Shown: one piece after another, positions 21,139 through 29,364 of the stretch
Numbering within the stretch: position 1 is the stretch's first letter
Layout of the letters: each line of letters opens with the position of its first letter
Source: an uncultured Corynebacterium sp.
GTDB taxonomy: Bacteria; Actinomycetota; Actinomycetes; Mycobacteriales; Mycobacteriaceae
Assembly (NCBI GenBank): GCA_943914465.1
Contig: CALUCD010000006.1
Coordinates: forward strand, 67,234-131,233
Direction: 5' to 3'
DNA length: 64,000 nt
The notes under the pieces: generated by a model
Seen by the model: the letters and a program-made list of their open reading frames with translations, nothing else
What the model was told of the DNA's origin: nothing
The model's database searches: none
Translations under genes and position numbers: made by a program

Positions 21139-22011
21139 ATGAGCATGAGCGATGAGTCAACCAACCAACCCCCAAAGCTATCCAAAAAGGCTTACGAAAA
21201 AGAGCTGCTACGCCTGCAAGCGGAGTTAGTGGCGATGCAGCAGTGGGTGGTCGAAACTGGCGCCCGGCTCGTGGTCATCATGGAGGGCCGCGACGCAGCA
21301 GGGAAAGGCTCTGCAATTAAGCGCATAACGCAGTACCTCAATCCGCGCACGTGCCGCATCGAGGCGTTGCCAAAACCGACTGAGCGCGAGCAGGGACAGT
21401 GGTACTTTCAGCGCTACGTTGAGAAGCTGCCGGCAGCGGGCGAGATCGTTATCTTCGATCGTTCGTGGTACAACCGCGCGGGCGTGGAGCGAGTGATGGG
21501 TTTTTGCACCTCGCAGGAGTACCGCCGGTTTTTGCACCAGGCCCCCATCTTTGAGCGGCTGCTGGTTGAAGACGGCATTATGCTGCGCAAATATTGGTTT
21601 TCCGTCTCGGATGAGGAGCAGTACAACCGCTTTGTCTCCCGCCGAGAAGATCCGCTGCGGCAGTGGAAGCTCTCTCCAATGGATTTAGAGTCCATCACGA
21701 AGTGGGAGGATTACTCCCGGGCGAAAGACGAGATGTTCATCCACACCGACATCCCTGCCGCGCCCTGGTACACGGTGGAAAGTGAGGACAAGAAGCGCTC
21801 CCGCATTAACGTCATTTCCCACTTGTTGTCCACCGTTCCGTATGAACACATTGCTCCTGAGTTGCCGGAGATTCCTCCGCGGCCGGAGACCACTGACTAT
21901 GAGCGCCCTCCGCGTGAGGAATTTCGCTATGTCCCCGATGCTGCTGCAAAGCTCGAGCAGGACAAAAACGGCAAGGGCAAGAAATCCAAAAAGCACAAGA
22001 AGGATGCGTAA
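21139..22011 (+). CDS. ppk2: Polyphosphate kinase 2 (PPK2, single-domain)
   Basis: PPK2 Walker A region IMEGRDAAGKGSAIK, Walker B/lid IFDRSWYNRAGVERVMGF, and a C-terminal lysine-rich tail. Start at MSMSDEST. Confidence 0.8.
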   Translation: MSMSDESTNQPPKLSKKAYEKELLRLQAELVAMQQWVVETGARLVVIMEGRDAAGKGSAIKRITQYLNPRTCRIEALPKPTEREQGQWYFQRYVEKLPAAGEIVIFDRSWYNRAGVERVMGFCTSQEYRRFLHQAPIFERLLVEDGIMLRKYWFSVSDEEQYNRFVSRREDPLRQWKLSPMDLESITKWEDYSRAKDEMFIHTDIPAAPWYTVESEDKKRSRINVISHLLSTVPYEHIAPELPEIPPRPETTDYERPPREEFRYVPDAAAKLEQDKNGKGKKSKKHKKDA

Positions 22012-22029
22012 CCTGCCCGCAAGCGCCGC

Positions 22030-22605
22030 TTAGGTGGCAATTGGGCGCTTCGGGTACCCGCGCGGAGTGGACACGGTCTTGTCGCCCGGTATCCAAAACC
22101 GCAGCGCAGCATCGGCGTTCTTGCTGATCCCGATGCGCGGGCCGGCGACCCACACCGGTTCGCTGTCGCGCTCCTGCAGCACAACCGGGGTCCCGTTATC
22201 ACTCAACTCGAGTCCAAGCGCTTGGCCGAGGTTGCCGGGGCCGCGGGCGAGGTTTTCAAATACGATCGGCGCGCGCTCGGGGCGCTGCCTGCGAGCGCGG
22301 GCGAGGTCCTCACCGGCTACAACTTCGCCTGCGCGCATCAAGCAGCCTTGGCCGTCTCCTTCCGGTGCGCACACGATGTTTCCGTTGTGGTGCAACCCAT
22401 AGGAGAAGTACACGTAGAGGTGCCCGGGTGGGCCGAACATCGTTGCGTTGCGTGCAGTTTTGCCATTGAATGTGTGCGCCGCCGCGTCTGCAGCACCTAG
22501 GTACGCCTCCACCTCTGTTAAGCGAATGCTGACGCCATTGTGGGAAATGACGCAGCCGAGCAGTTGTGGGGCGACGATATTCGCGGGTTCGGAAAAGTCG
22601 ATCAT
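22030..22605 (-). CDS. mpg: DNA-3-methyladenine glycosylase, Mpg/AAG family
   Basis: PF02245-like pattern (LLGCVI...EVEAYLG..D.AAHTF.GKT.RN..MFGPPGHLYVYFSYGLHH..N.V). Confidence 0.75.
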   Translation of the reverse strand: MIDFSEPANIVAPQLLGCVISHNGVSIRLTEVEAYLGAADAAAHTFNGKTARNATMFGPPGHLYVYFSYGLHHNGNIVCAPEGDGQGCLMRAGEVVAGEDLARARRQRPERAPIVFENLARGPGNLGQALGLELSDNGTPVVLQERDSEPVWVAGPRIGISKNADAALRFWIPGDKTVSTPRGYPKRPIAT

Positions 22606-22619
22606 CCTATCCTCGGCGC

Positions 22620-23450
22620 TCACGCTAGCCATTGTTCGAGCCGGGTGACGGCGGCGTGGCTGTCATTGTCGCCGATGACCTCGTCAGCGATCGCCTGGAG
22701 GTCTTCATGCGCGTTGCCCATCGCTACGGCAATACCCGCTGACTGGAGCATGACGAAGTCGTTGAGGTAATCACCAATCGCGGCGGTATCGGCCTGGGCG
22801 ATCCCCAGCGCATCTGAAAGCGCCAGCAGCGCTGTGCCCTTGTCGGCGTCAGGGTCCATGATGTCTAGCCAATGCTTCGAACTGACCAATATGCGCAACT
22901 CAGGCACAGTCTCGTTTACCCACGGCAGGGCATCCGCCTCGGCATCGGATTCGACGTACAGCGCGATCTTGATTGTTCCGCCCGTGGGGGCCTGTGTCAA
23001 CGCCTCAAGTTCTTCGCGCGCCGTGTAGTACTTCGCCACCTCCGCATCGATCTGCTCCGGAAGGCCGGAAACGGTGTAAGCAACCTCGGGTGTGCACACG
23101 ACCGCGTGCGCGCGAAACGGAGCATCAGCCAAGGCATCTAGCAGCCGGCGTACGGGCGCGTCCGGCATCGTGGTGGTGGAGACGATCTCACCGTCGTGGA
23201 ACACCACTGCGCCGTTTTCGGCGATGAACGTTGCAGGGGAGCAGCCATGTGTCTCGTTATCGAACATGGCGCGCAACGTCGCGAGTTGCCGTCCAGACGC
23301 CGGAGTGATGATCATGTCAGCTGCGCTCGCTCGCTTGAGCACTGGCCAAAATCGTTGCGGTATGTCGCCATCGCTGGTGAGCAGGGTGCCGTCCATATCA
23401 AGGGCAACAAGGCGAGGGTGCGGGGACTTCGGCGGGGTGTGTGGAGCCAA
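22620..23450 (-). CDS. Cof-type HAD-IIB family hydrolase
   Basis: LVALDMDGTLL motif, C-terminal GD..ND motif, Cof-like length (276 aa). Confidence 0.7.
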   Translation of the reverse strand: MAPHTPPKSPHPRLVALDMDGTLLTSDGDIPQRFWPVLKRASAADMIITPASGRQLATLRAMFDNETHGCSPATFIAENGAVVFHDGEIVSTTTMPDAPVRRLLDALADAPFRAHAVVCTPEVAYTVSGLPEQIDAEVAKYYTAREELEALTQAPTGGTIKIALYVESDAEADALPWVNETVPELRILVSSKHWLDIMDPDADKGTALLALSDALGIAQADTAAIGDYLNDFVMLQSAGIAVAMGNAHEDLQAIADEVIGDNDSHAAVTRLEQWLA

Positions 23451-23542
23451 CTGTGACCTTTCGTCGGAAAGTGTTCGCTGCCACGACCGTACCCTGTTAT
23501 GCGGACAACCCCGCCCCGTGTGTGATGTGGAACACTGGGTGC

Positions 23543-24535
23543 ATGACGCAACCAGAATCGCAACCGGTACTTACTGATGTCCGCGGCTCCACCGGGATAC
23601 TCACCCTCAACCGTCCGAAGGCCTTGAATTCGCTGAACTACGACATGGTCAAAATTATCGATGCTGCTCTACGCGAATGGGCGGATGATGATGCGGTGGA
23701 GCAGGTGGTTATTTGCTCAAGTTCTCCGCACTTCTGCTCGGGGGGTGACGTCAAAACTGCCCGCGCTGAGATTCTCGCTGGCAACGAGGCCCTGATCGAC
23801 GAGTTTTTCGCCTTTGAGTACACCATGAACGGGTTCATCGCGAAGTACCCGAAGCCGTACGTCACGCTTGCATCCGGCGTGATCATGGGGGGTGGCATGG
23901 GCGTGTCTGCGCACGGATCTCACCTGGTTGTCACCGAAGATGCGTTCGCTTCAATGCCGGAGATGAACATCGGCTACATCACGGATGTCGGCATGAGCTG
24001 GACACTGCAACACCTACCGGGGTACTCCTCGACCCAGCTGGGAAAGTTCCTTGGGCTCACCGGGTACCGCATGACACCGGATGACATGCTCGCGCTCGGA
24101 CTGGCTTCACACAAGGTCGCCACAGTAGACGGCATACTCGATCAGCTCGTTGATCAGGGGCTTTCTTCGCTTGACGACGCCTCATTGCAACCCGATCACA
24201 GTCAACTAGCCACCTGGTTTGATCAGATCGATGCGACCTTTATCGGACCGTGGACGGAGATTGAAGGCCGGTTAGACGGGCAGTTTGGTGACATGGTGCG
24301 CACACTCACCGCGCAGGCCTCGCCGTCGTCACTGGTAGCGGCCGCCGAACTTTTCGAGGCCAACGCCGCGCACGACCTCGCGGGCGCCTTGGAAAATGAG
24401 CGAGTGCTTGGCGCGCAGATGCGACGCGAGCCTGACTTTGTTGAAGGCGTGCGTGCAGTGCTCGTTGATAAAGACCAGTCGGCACAGTTCGCCCCCGCAC
24501 CGGACGCGGAGCAGTACCGCAGTCTGCTGAGTTAG
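23543..24535 (+). CDS. Enoyl-CoA hydratase/isomerase family protein, 3-hydroxyisobutyryl-CoA hydrolase-like
   Basis: Crotonase fold (GILTLNRPKALNSL, FCSGGDV, YVTLASGVIMGGGMGVS) with the C-terminal extension typical of HIBYL-CoA hydrolases. Start at MTQPESQ. Confidence 0.7.
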   Translation: MTQPESQPVLTDVRGSTGILTLNRPKALNSLNYDMVKIIDAALREWADDDAVEQVVICSSSPHFCSGGDVKTARAEILAGNEALIDEFFAFEYTMNGFIAKYPKPYVTLASGVIMGGGMGVSAHGSHLVVTEDAFASMPEMNIGYITDVGMSWTLQHLPGYSSTQLGKFLGLTGYRMTPDDMLALGLASHKVATVDGILDQLVDQGLSSLDDASLQPDHSQLATWFDQIDATFIGPWTEIEGRLDGQFGDMVRTLTAQASPSSLVAAAELFEANAAHDLAGALENERVLGAQMRREPDFVEGVRAVLVDKDQSAQFAPAPDAEQYRSLLS

Positions 24536-24686
24536 CGTGTCTTCGCCCGCGGCGTGCGCGAATACCCGTCTACCTTCACTGCCCCGAACGCTGTTGCGGA
24601 CGTTAGTATGGGGGGGACGGATTGGGCAGAATATGCCCCCATAAACCACACATGCGATTGATTTCAATGACCGCTTAAGGAGCGAC

Positions 24687-26147
24687 GTGACCGAAAACCA
24701 GGTGGACACCACCCCCCGCGATGACTGGAACCACAAGATTGAGCTCGCGCAGGAGATGCTCCCGCTAATCAGCCGCCTACACCGCGAGCACAACGCAGTG
24801 ACCTCAATTCACGGCCGCCTGCTCATTGGCCTGACCGACATCGAGATCATCAAGGCGCACCGCTACGCGCGTCGCATTGTGGAAAAAGAGCTGCCGTTAG
24901 ATGAGACGCTGCCGATCCTGCGCGAGCTCGTAGAAATGGATCTGGGTACCGCCTCGATCGACCTCGGTCACCTGGCACACCTGTATAAGGAGTCCGGCCA
25001 GGAGGATCTGCGTGCGTTCTTGGAAGCACAGCTCGCGGATGTAGTTGGGACGTCATCTGAACTCGAGGGCCGCGATGTAGTGCTGTACGGTTTTGGCCGC
25101 ATCGGCCGTCTGCTGGCTCGCATCCTTATCGCTCGGGAAGCGACCTATGGTGGGGTGCGGCTGCGCGCGGTCGTCGTGCGCAAGAAGGGCGACGGTGACA
25201 TCATTAAACGCGCCTCGCTCCTGCGTCGTGACTCTGTCCACGGAGCATTCAACGGCACCATCACCGTCGACGAAGAAAACGAGATCATCTGGGCGAACGG
25301 CACCCCGATCAAGATGATCTACGCCGATAACCCGGCTGAGATTGACTACACCGCCTACGGCATCAACAACGCCATCGTGGTCGACAACACCGGTGCATGG
25401 CGCGACCGTGAAGGGCTGTCCCGCCACCTTGAATCCGCAGGAGTGGACCGCGTGCTGTTGACCGCGCCGGGCAAAGGTGACATCCCCAACATCGTCTACG
25501 GCATTAACCAGGACATGATCGGCGATGACAAGATTCTCTCCGCGGCGTCGTGTACCACCAACGGCATTACCCCAGTGCTGAAGGTCATCAACGACCGCTA
25601 CGGAGTCAAGCATGGACATGTTGAAACCGTGCACTCGTACACGAATGACCAAAATTTGGCCGATAACTTTCACAAGGGTCCGCGCCGCGGTCGCGCAGCA
25701 GGGCTGAACATGGTGCTCACCGAGACCGGCGCGGCGAAGGCTGTCTCCAAGGCGTTGCCGGAGTTTGCAGGCAAACTCACCGGCAACGCGATTCGCGTGC
25801 CCACGCCGGACGTGTCTATGGCCGTGATCAACCTCGACTTGGAAACCGAAGTGGATAAGGACGAGGTGAACAACTTCCTGCGCCGCGTGTCCACCGACTC
25901 TGATCTGCGCCAGCAGATCGACTACATCCACTCGCCTGAAGTGGTATCTACTGACCTACTCGGCTCCACTCACGCCGGTGTGGTCGACGGCTTAGCTACC
26001 ATCGCCTCCGGCAACCACCTGGTGCTCTACGTCTGGTACGACAACGAGTACGGGTACTCCAACCAGGTCGTGCGCGTGGTCGAGGACATCGCAGGGGTAC
26101 GCCCGAAGGTTTATCCAGCACGTAAGGCACCGGCTGAAATCCAGTAG
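24687..26147 (+). CDS. Glyceraldehyde-3-phosphate dehydrogenase family protein, long form with about 120-aa N-terminal extension
   Basis: GAPDH core (VVLYGFGRIGRL, SAASCTTNGITPVLKV, C-terminal WYDNEYGYSNQVVR) preceded by a non-GAPDH N-terminal region. GTG start with AAGGAG 6 nt upstream. Confidence 0.7.
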   Translation: MTENQVDTTPRDDWNHKIELAQEMLPLISRLHREHNAVTSIHGRLLIGLTDIEIIKAHRYARRIVEKELPLDETLPILRELVEMDLGTASIDLGHLAHLYKESGQEDLRAFLEAQLADVVGTSSELEGRDVVLYGFGRIGRLLARILIAREATYGGVRLRAVVVRKKGDGDIIKRASLLRRDSVHGAFNGTITVDEENEIIWANGTPIKMIYADNPAEIDYTAYGINNAIVVDNTGAWRDREGLSRHLESAGVDRVLLTAPGKGDIPNIVYGINQDMIGDDKILSAASCTTNGITPVLKVINDRYGVKHGHVETVHSYTNDQNLADNFHKGPRRGRAAGLNMVLTETGAAKAVSKALPEFAGKLTGNAIRVPTPDVSMAVINLDLETEVDKDEVNNFLRRVSTDSDLRQQIDYIHSPEVVSTDLLGSTHAGVVDGLATIASGNHLVLYVWYDNEYGYSNQVVRVVEDIAGVRPKVYPARKAPAEIQ

Positions 26148-26196
26148 CGCGGTCTATGTTCGCGAGCCCGGCGCCCGGCCGTACCGCGTCGCAGAT

Positions 26197-26628
26197 TTAA
26201 TCAGCGGCGGACGCGGCCCGCCGGACGAGTTGTGCGACCTTCTCTCGTGCTTGGTCATCCAAGTTGGCGATCGCAAAGCTGGTTGCCCACATCGTCCCGT
26301 CATCAAGCCGCGCGCCCTCGTTGAACCCCAACGTTGCGTAGCGCACCCCGAATTTGCTCTTGACCTGAAGGAATACGACCACGCCGTCCTCGTTTTCGTA
26401 GGCGGGTATGCCGTACCAGGTGCGTGCATCCAGATGCGGGGCTTCACGGAGAACAATGCCGTGGATCTCTGCGGCAAGAGCGCGGTCGTCGTCGGGCATA
26501 TTGTCAATCAGTTCTTGCAGGGCTTCGAGGTTTTTGGCCTTCTTGTTCCCGCCCTTTTCTCGGCGCAGTTCTTCCGCGCGCTCTCGCATCGCCTCGCGCT
26601 CTGCGGGGCTAAACCCGGTTTCGCTCAT
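26197..26628 (-). CDS. DUF1801 (YdhG-like) domain protein
   Basis: MSETGFSPAEREAMRERAEELRR... pattern typical of DUF1801. The ORF-track N-terminal 44 aa are antisense-looking; start at MSETGF. Confidence 0.5.
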   Translation of the reverse strand: MSETGFSPAEREAMRERAEELRREKGGNKKAKNLEALQELIDNMPDDDRALAAEIHGIVLREAPHLDARTWYGIPAYENEDGVVVFLQVKSKFGVRYATLGFNEGARLDDGTMWATSFAIANLDDQAREKVAQLVRRAASAAD

Positions 26629-27757
26629 GTGCACGTATCGCTTTATCGTAGACTTCAACGACGGCCTCGGTGGAGGAGCGCCAGTTCCACCGCCCCGCCT
26701 CTGCGCGTGCAGCGTGCGCCATCTGGGTGCGCAGGGGGGCGTCGACAAGCAACTGCTCAAGCTTTTTCGCCCACGCAGAATCTGGCAGGGATGGATCGAC
26801 TAGGAACCCGGTTGAGCCGTCGTCGACAACAAAGGGTAGTCCGCCCGCATTCGCCGCGACCACTGGGACGCCAGAGGCGAACGCCTCGAGCGCCGCGAAG
26901 CCGAGCGTTTCCGTCGTCGACGGGAAGAGCAGCGCGTCGCCGGATGCATACGCGGCATGCAACTCCTCGCCGGAGAGATAGCCGGTCAGCGTGATCCAGT
27001 CGCGGTCGAATAATTTCCTGATCTCTCGAAACTGTGGTCCGCCACCAATCACCGCGAAGCGTGTGCCGGGGACGCGCTCACGCACGCCCTCCATGATCGG
27101 CAGGCAGCGTTCAACAGATTTCTCGGCGGAAACGCGACCGACGAAGATCACCAGTGGAGCGTCTGGGCAGCCGCCGGTCAGTCGCGAACGCATCGCTGTG
27201 GTGCGCTTTTCCGGCGAGAAACTTTTCGTATCCACCGCTTTTGGCCACAGCTCAGTATTGGGGATGCCGTATCCCGCGGCTCGCTCCATCATCGGACCGG
27301 AAGTGACTAAGTTGTACTGCGCCTTGCCGTGGAAGGTGCGCAACCCCCACTCCGCAGCCGGCTTGGCCCACGGAATGCCCAGCTTCACAGTGTATTCGGG
27401 CACGTCGGTATGAAACGAGCCCACAAGCGGGAGACCCTGGAAGTGGGCGATGAGGCTGGACCAACCGGCTGTCCACATCGGATTGATCGCATGCACCACA
27501 TCGGGCTGGAATTGCGCCAGCCGACGGGGAATGACCGGGGTGATGAGACCGAATTTGATCTCGGGGTACACGGGCTTGAAGCTTAGCGACGGCACGTGCA
27601 CCACCTCAAACCCTGCACACTCATCCGGAGCGTCACCGGTGGCGAAGATGAGCACGTCGTGGCCCAGCTGCGCGAGTTGCTCCAGGTGGCGAAGAGTGCG
27701 GGTGACGACACCGTCGATCTTCGGTAGGAAGACCTCGGTGAGGATGGCGATGCGCAC
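26609..27757 (-). CDS. GT4-family glycosyltransferase (SqdX/MgtA-like retaining glycosyltransferase)
   Basis: GT-B fold with an EX7E-type C-terminal motif (LFPSTTETLGFAALEAFASGVPVVA). Immediately downstream of the sqdB homologue in the same orientation (6 bp gap). Confidence 0.75.
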   Translation of the reverse strand: MRIAILTEVFLPKIDGVVTRTLRHLEQLAQLGHDVLIFATGDAPDECAGFEVVHVPSLSFKPVYPEIKFGLITPVIPRRLAQFQPDVVHAINPMWTAGWSSLIAHFQGLPLVGSFHTDVPEYTVKLGIPWAKPAAEWGLRTFHGKAQYNLVTSGPMMERAAGYGIPNTELWPKAVDTKSFSPEKRTTAMRSRLTGGCPDAPLVIFVGRVSAEKSVERCLPIMEGVRERVPGTRFAVIGGGPQFREIRKLFDRDWITLTGYLSGEELHAAYASGDALLFPSTTETLGFAALEAFASGVPVVAANAGGLPFVVDDGSTGFLVDPSLPDSAWAKKLEQLLVDAPLRTQMAHAARAEAGRWNWRSSTEAVVEVYDKAIRAHERNRV

Positions 27758-27762
27758 TGCGG

Positions 27763-28959
27763 TTACTTCTCGCCTTCCGGCACACCCTCGTGCTGCTCTT
27801 TAGTCCACAGCGAGCGTGCCGGGATCTTGCTACGATCGGCGCGATCGGCGTACTTGCGTGCGACGTCCTCGACTTCCTGGAGCAAGCCTTCCGCGAGGTA
27901 GGTCGGTTCGAGGCCGAGACCGATGAAGGTGTCGTTCGCCACGTGCAGTTCATTCTCGGCGGACTCTTTGCGCGGGTTCGGCACCATCTGCACCTCCGCG
28001 CCGGAAATTTTGCCGATCAGCTCGGCGAGGTCGCGCACACGGTGGGTCTCCGTCATTTGATTGAAGATCTTGACGCGCTCACCCTTCGCCGGCGGGTTCT
28101 CCACCGCGAGCTGAATGCATTTCACCATGTCCTGGATATGGATAAAGGCGCGGGTTTGACCACCCGTGCCGTGCACGGTGAGGGGGTAGCCCACCGCAGC
28201 CTGCATGAGGAAGCGGTTGAGCACCGTGCCGTAGTCGCCGTCGTAGTCGAACCGGTTGATCAGTCGCTCGTCGCGCTGTGTCTGGGGAGTGTGGGTTCCC
28301 CAGATGATGCCCTGGTGCAGATCAGTGACCCGTAGTTCATCGTTCTTTGCGTAGTACGCGAACAGGCTTTGATCCAGCACCTTGGTCATGTGGTAGACCG
28401 AGCCAGGGTTAGTGGGGTAGAGGATCTGTTGCTCCACAACGCCGCTATCACCGGCGTCAACTTGAATGTCGAGGTAGCCCTCAGGAATCTTCATACCGGC
28501 CGTGCCATAGCCATACACGCCCATGGTGCCAAGGTGAATAACGTGGATATCAAGGCCCGACTCCACGATTGCTACGAGCAGATTGTGGGTCGCGTTGACG
28601 TTGTTGTCGACCGTGTAGCGCTTTGTGCGCTGATTTTTCATTGAGTACGGGGCGGCGCGTTGTTCCGCGAAGTGAATGATTGCGTCTGGCTCAAATTCGG
28701 TGATGAAGCTCAACAGCGCTTCGAAGTCTTGAGCGACGTCGATCTGCCGGAAGCCGATGTCTTTGCCGGAGATTTCCTTCCACGCTGCCAATCGCTGCTC
28801 AATGGATGCGATCGGTGTCAGTGATTCGGCACCGAGTTCTTTGTCGATGGCGCGGCGCGAGAGGTTGTCTACAATTACCACGTCATGGCCGATATCTGAG
28901 AGGTGCAGTGAAGCGGGCCATCCGCAGAATCCGTCCCCGCCTAGAACCGCAATCTTCAT
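27763..28959 (-). CDS. sqdB: UDP-sulfoquinovose synthase (SqdB/SQD1 family NAD-dependent epimerase/dehydratase)
   Basis: Very strong family match over the whole length (VLGGDGFCGWP..LHLS, VIVDNLSRR..D.ELG.ESLTPIASI, EQRAAPYSM, HLGTMGVYG, VYHMTKV, RVTDLHQGIIWG, NRFDYDGDYGTVLNRF, VPNPRKE.AENELHVAN), comparable to plant SQD1 and cyanobacterial SqdB. Confidence 0.85.
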   Translation of the reverse strand: MKIAVLGGDGFCGWPASLHLSDIGHDVVIVDNLSRRAIDKELGAESLTPIASIEQRLAAWKEISGKDIGFRQIDVAQDFEALLSFITEFEPDAIIHFAEQRAAPYSMKNQRTKRYTVDNNVNATHNLLVAIVESGLDIHVIHLGTMGVYGYGTAGMKIPEGYLDIQVDAGDSGVVEQQILYPTNPGSVYHMTKVLDQSLFAYYAKNDELRVTDLHQGIIWGTHTPQTQRDERLINRFDYDGDYGTVLNRFLMQAAVGYPLTVHGTGGQTRAFIHIQDMVKCIQLAVENPPAKGERVKIFNQMTETHRVRDLAELIGKISGAEVQMVPNPRKESAENELHVANDTFIGLGLEPTYLAEGLLQEVEDVARKYADRADRSKIPARSLWTKEQHEGVPEGEK

Positions 28960-29085
28960 GAACTGACCTTCCGTCTCACATCACCCGCACTCCGGCGCCG
29001 TCGCCAGAGCTTCCGCACCACGTTACATTCGCTGCCGCGCATGTGGGGCAGATCGAAGATGAACGTTGGGTGAAACCCACTGTGC

Positions 29086-29114
29086 GTGCTCTAGCGTATC
29101 TGACGCTAGAGCAC
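29086..29114. promoter_or_regulatory. Perfect 12-bp-arm palindrome GTGCTCTAGCGT-ATCTG-ACGCTAGAGCAC, about 125 bp upstream of sqdB and about 250 bp downstream of the ATPase gene
   Basis: Seen directly. No T-tract, so not a classical intrinsic terminator; candidate operator or recombination site at the left edge of the ATPase/Mrr insert. Confidence 0.45.
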
Positions 29115-29364
29115 CAGGCTGAGCGCATTCGCAATTGAATCCCACAGGCCAGTTATAGAAAAACTTAAGTCTGTGATAGAGTTTTGCCATGATGCTGGTA
29201 GCCACTGCTTGGCTAAGTCACTATTCACAAGGCTGCGGAGGTCGGCCGCGCCGGAGTGGAAATGAGCATCAAGCTGTGAGCTGAGCGGGGTCGGACCCGA
29301 TGTTGGACGAGAGTTCATGAAGCCGATAGTAACCCGCTGGGTTTGATCCGCGTGTAACCCGCGT

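Noticed and set aside
25053-25931. 292-aa minus-strand ORF
   Set aside because: Antisense to the GAPDH-like gene and His/Val/Asp/Gly-rich. No domain resemblance.
29106-29318. 70-aa minus-strand ORF between sqdB and the ATPase gene
   Set aside because: No RBS, no recognisable motif, lies in a region better explained as non-coding regulatory DNA. Could not support it from sequence alone.
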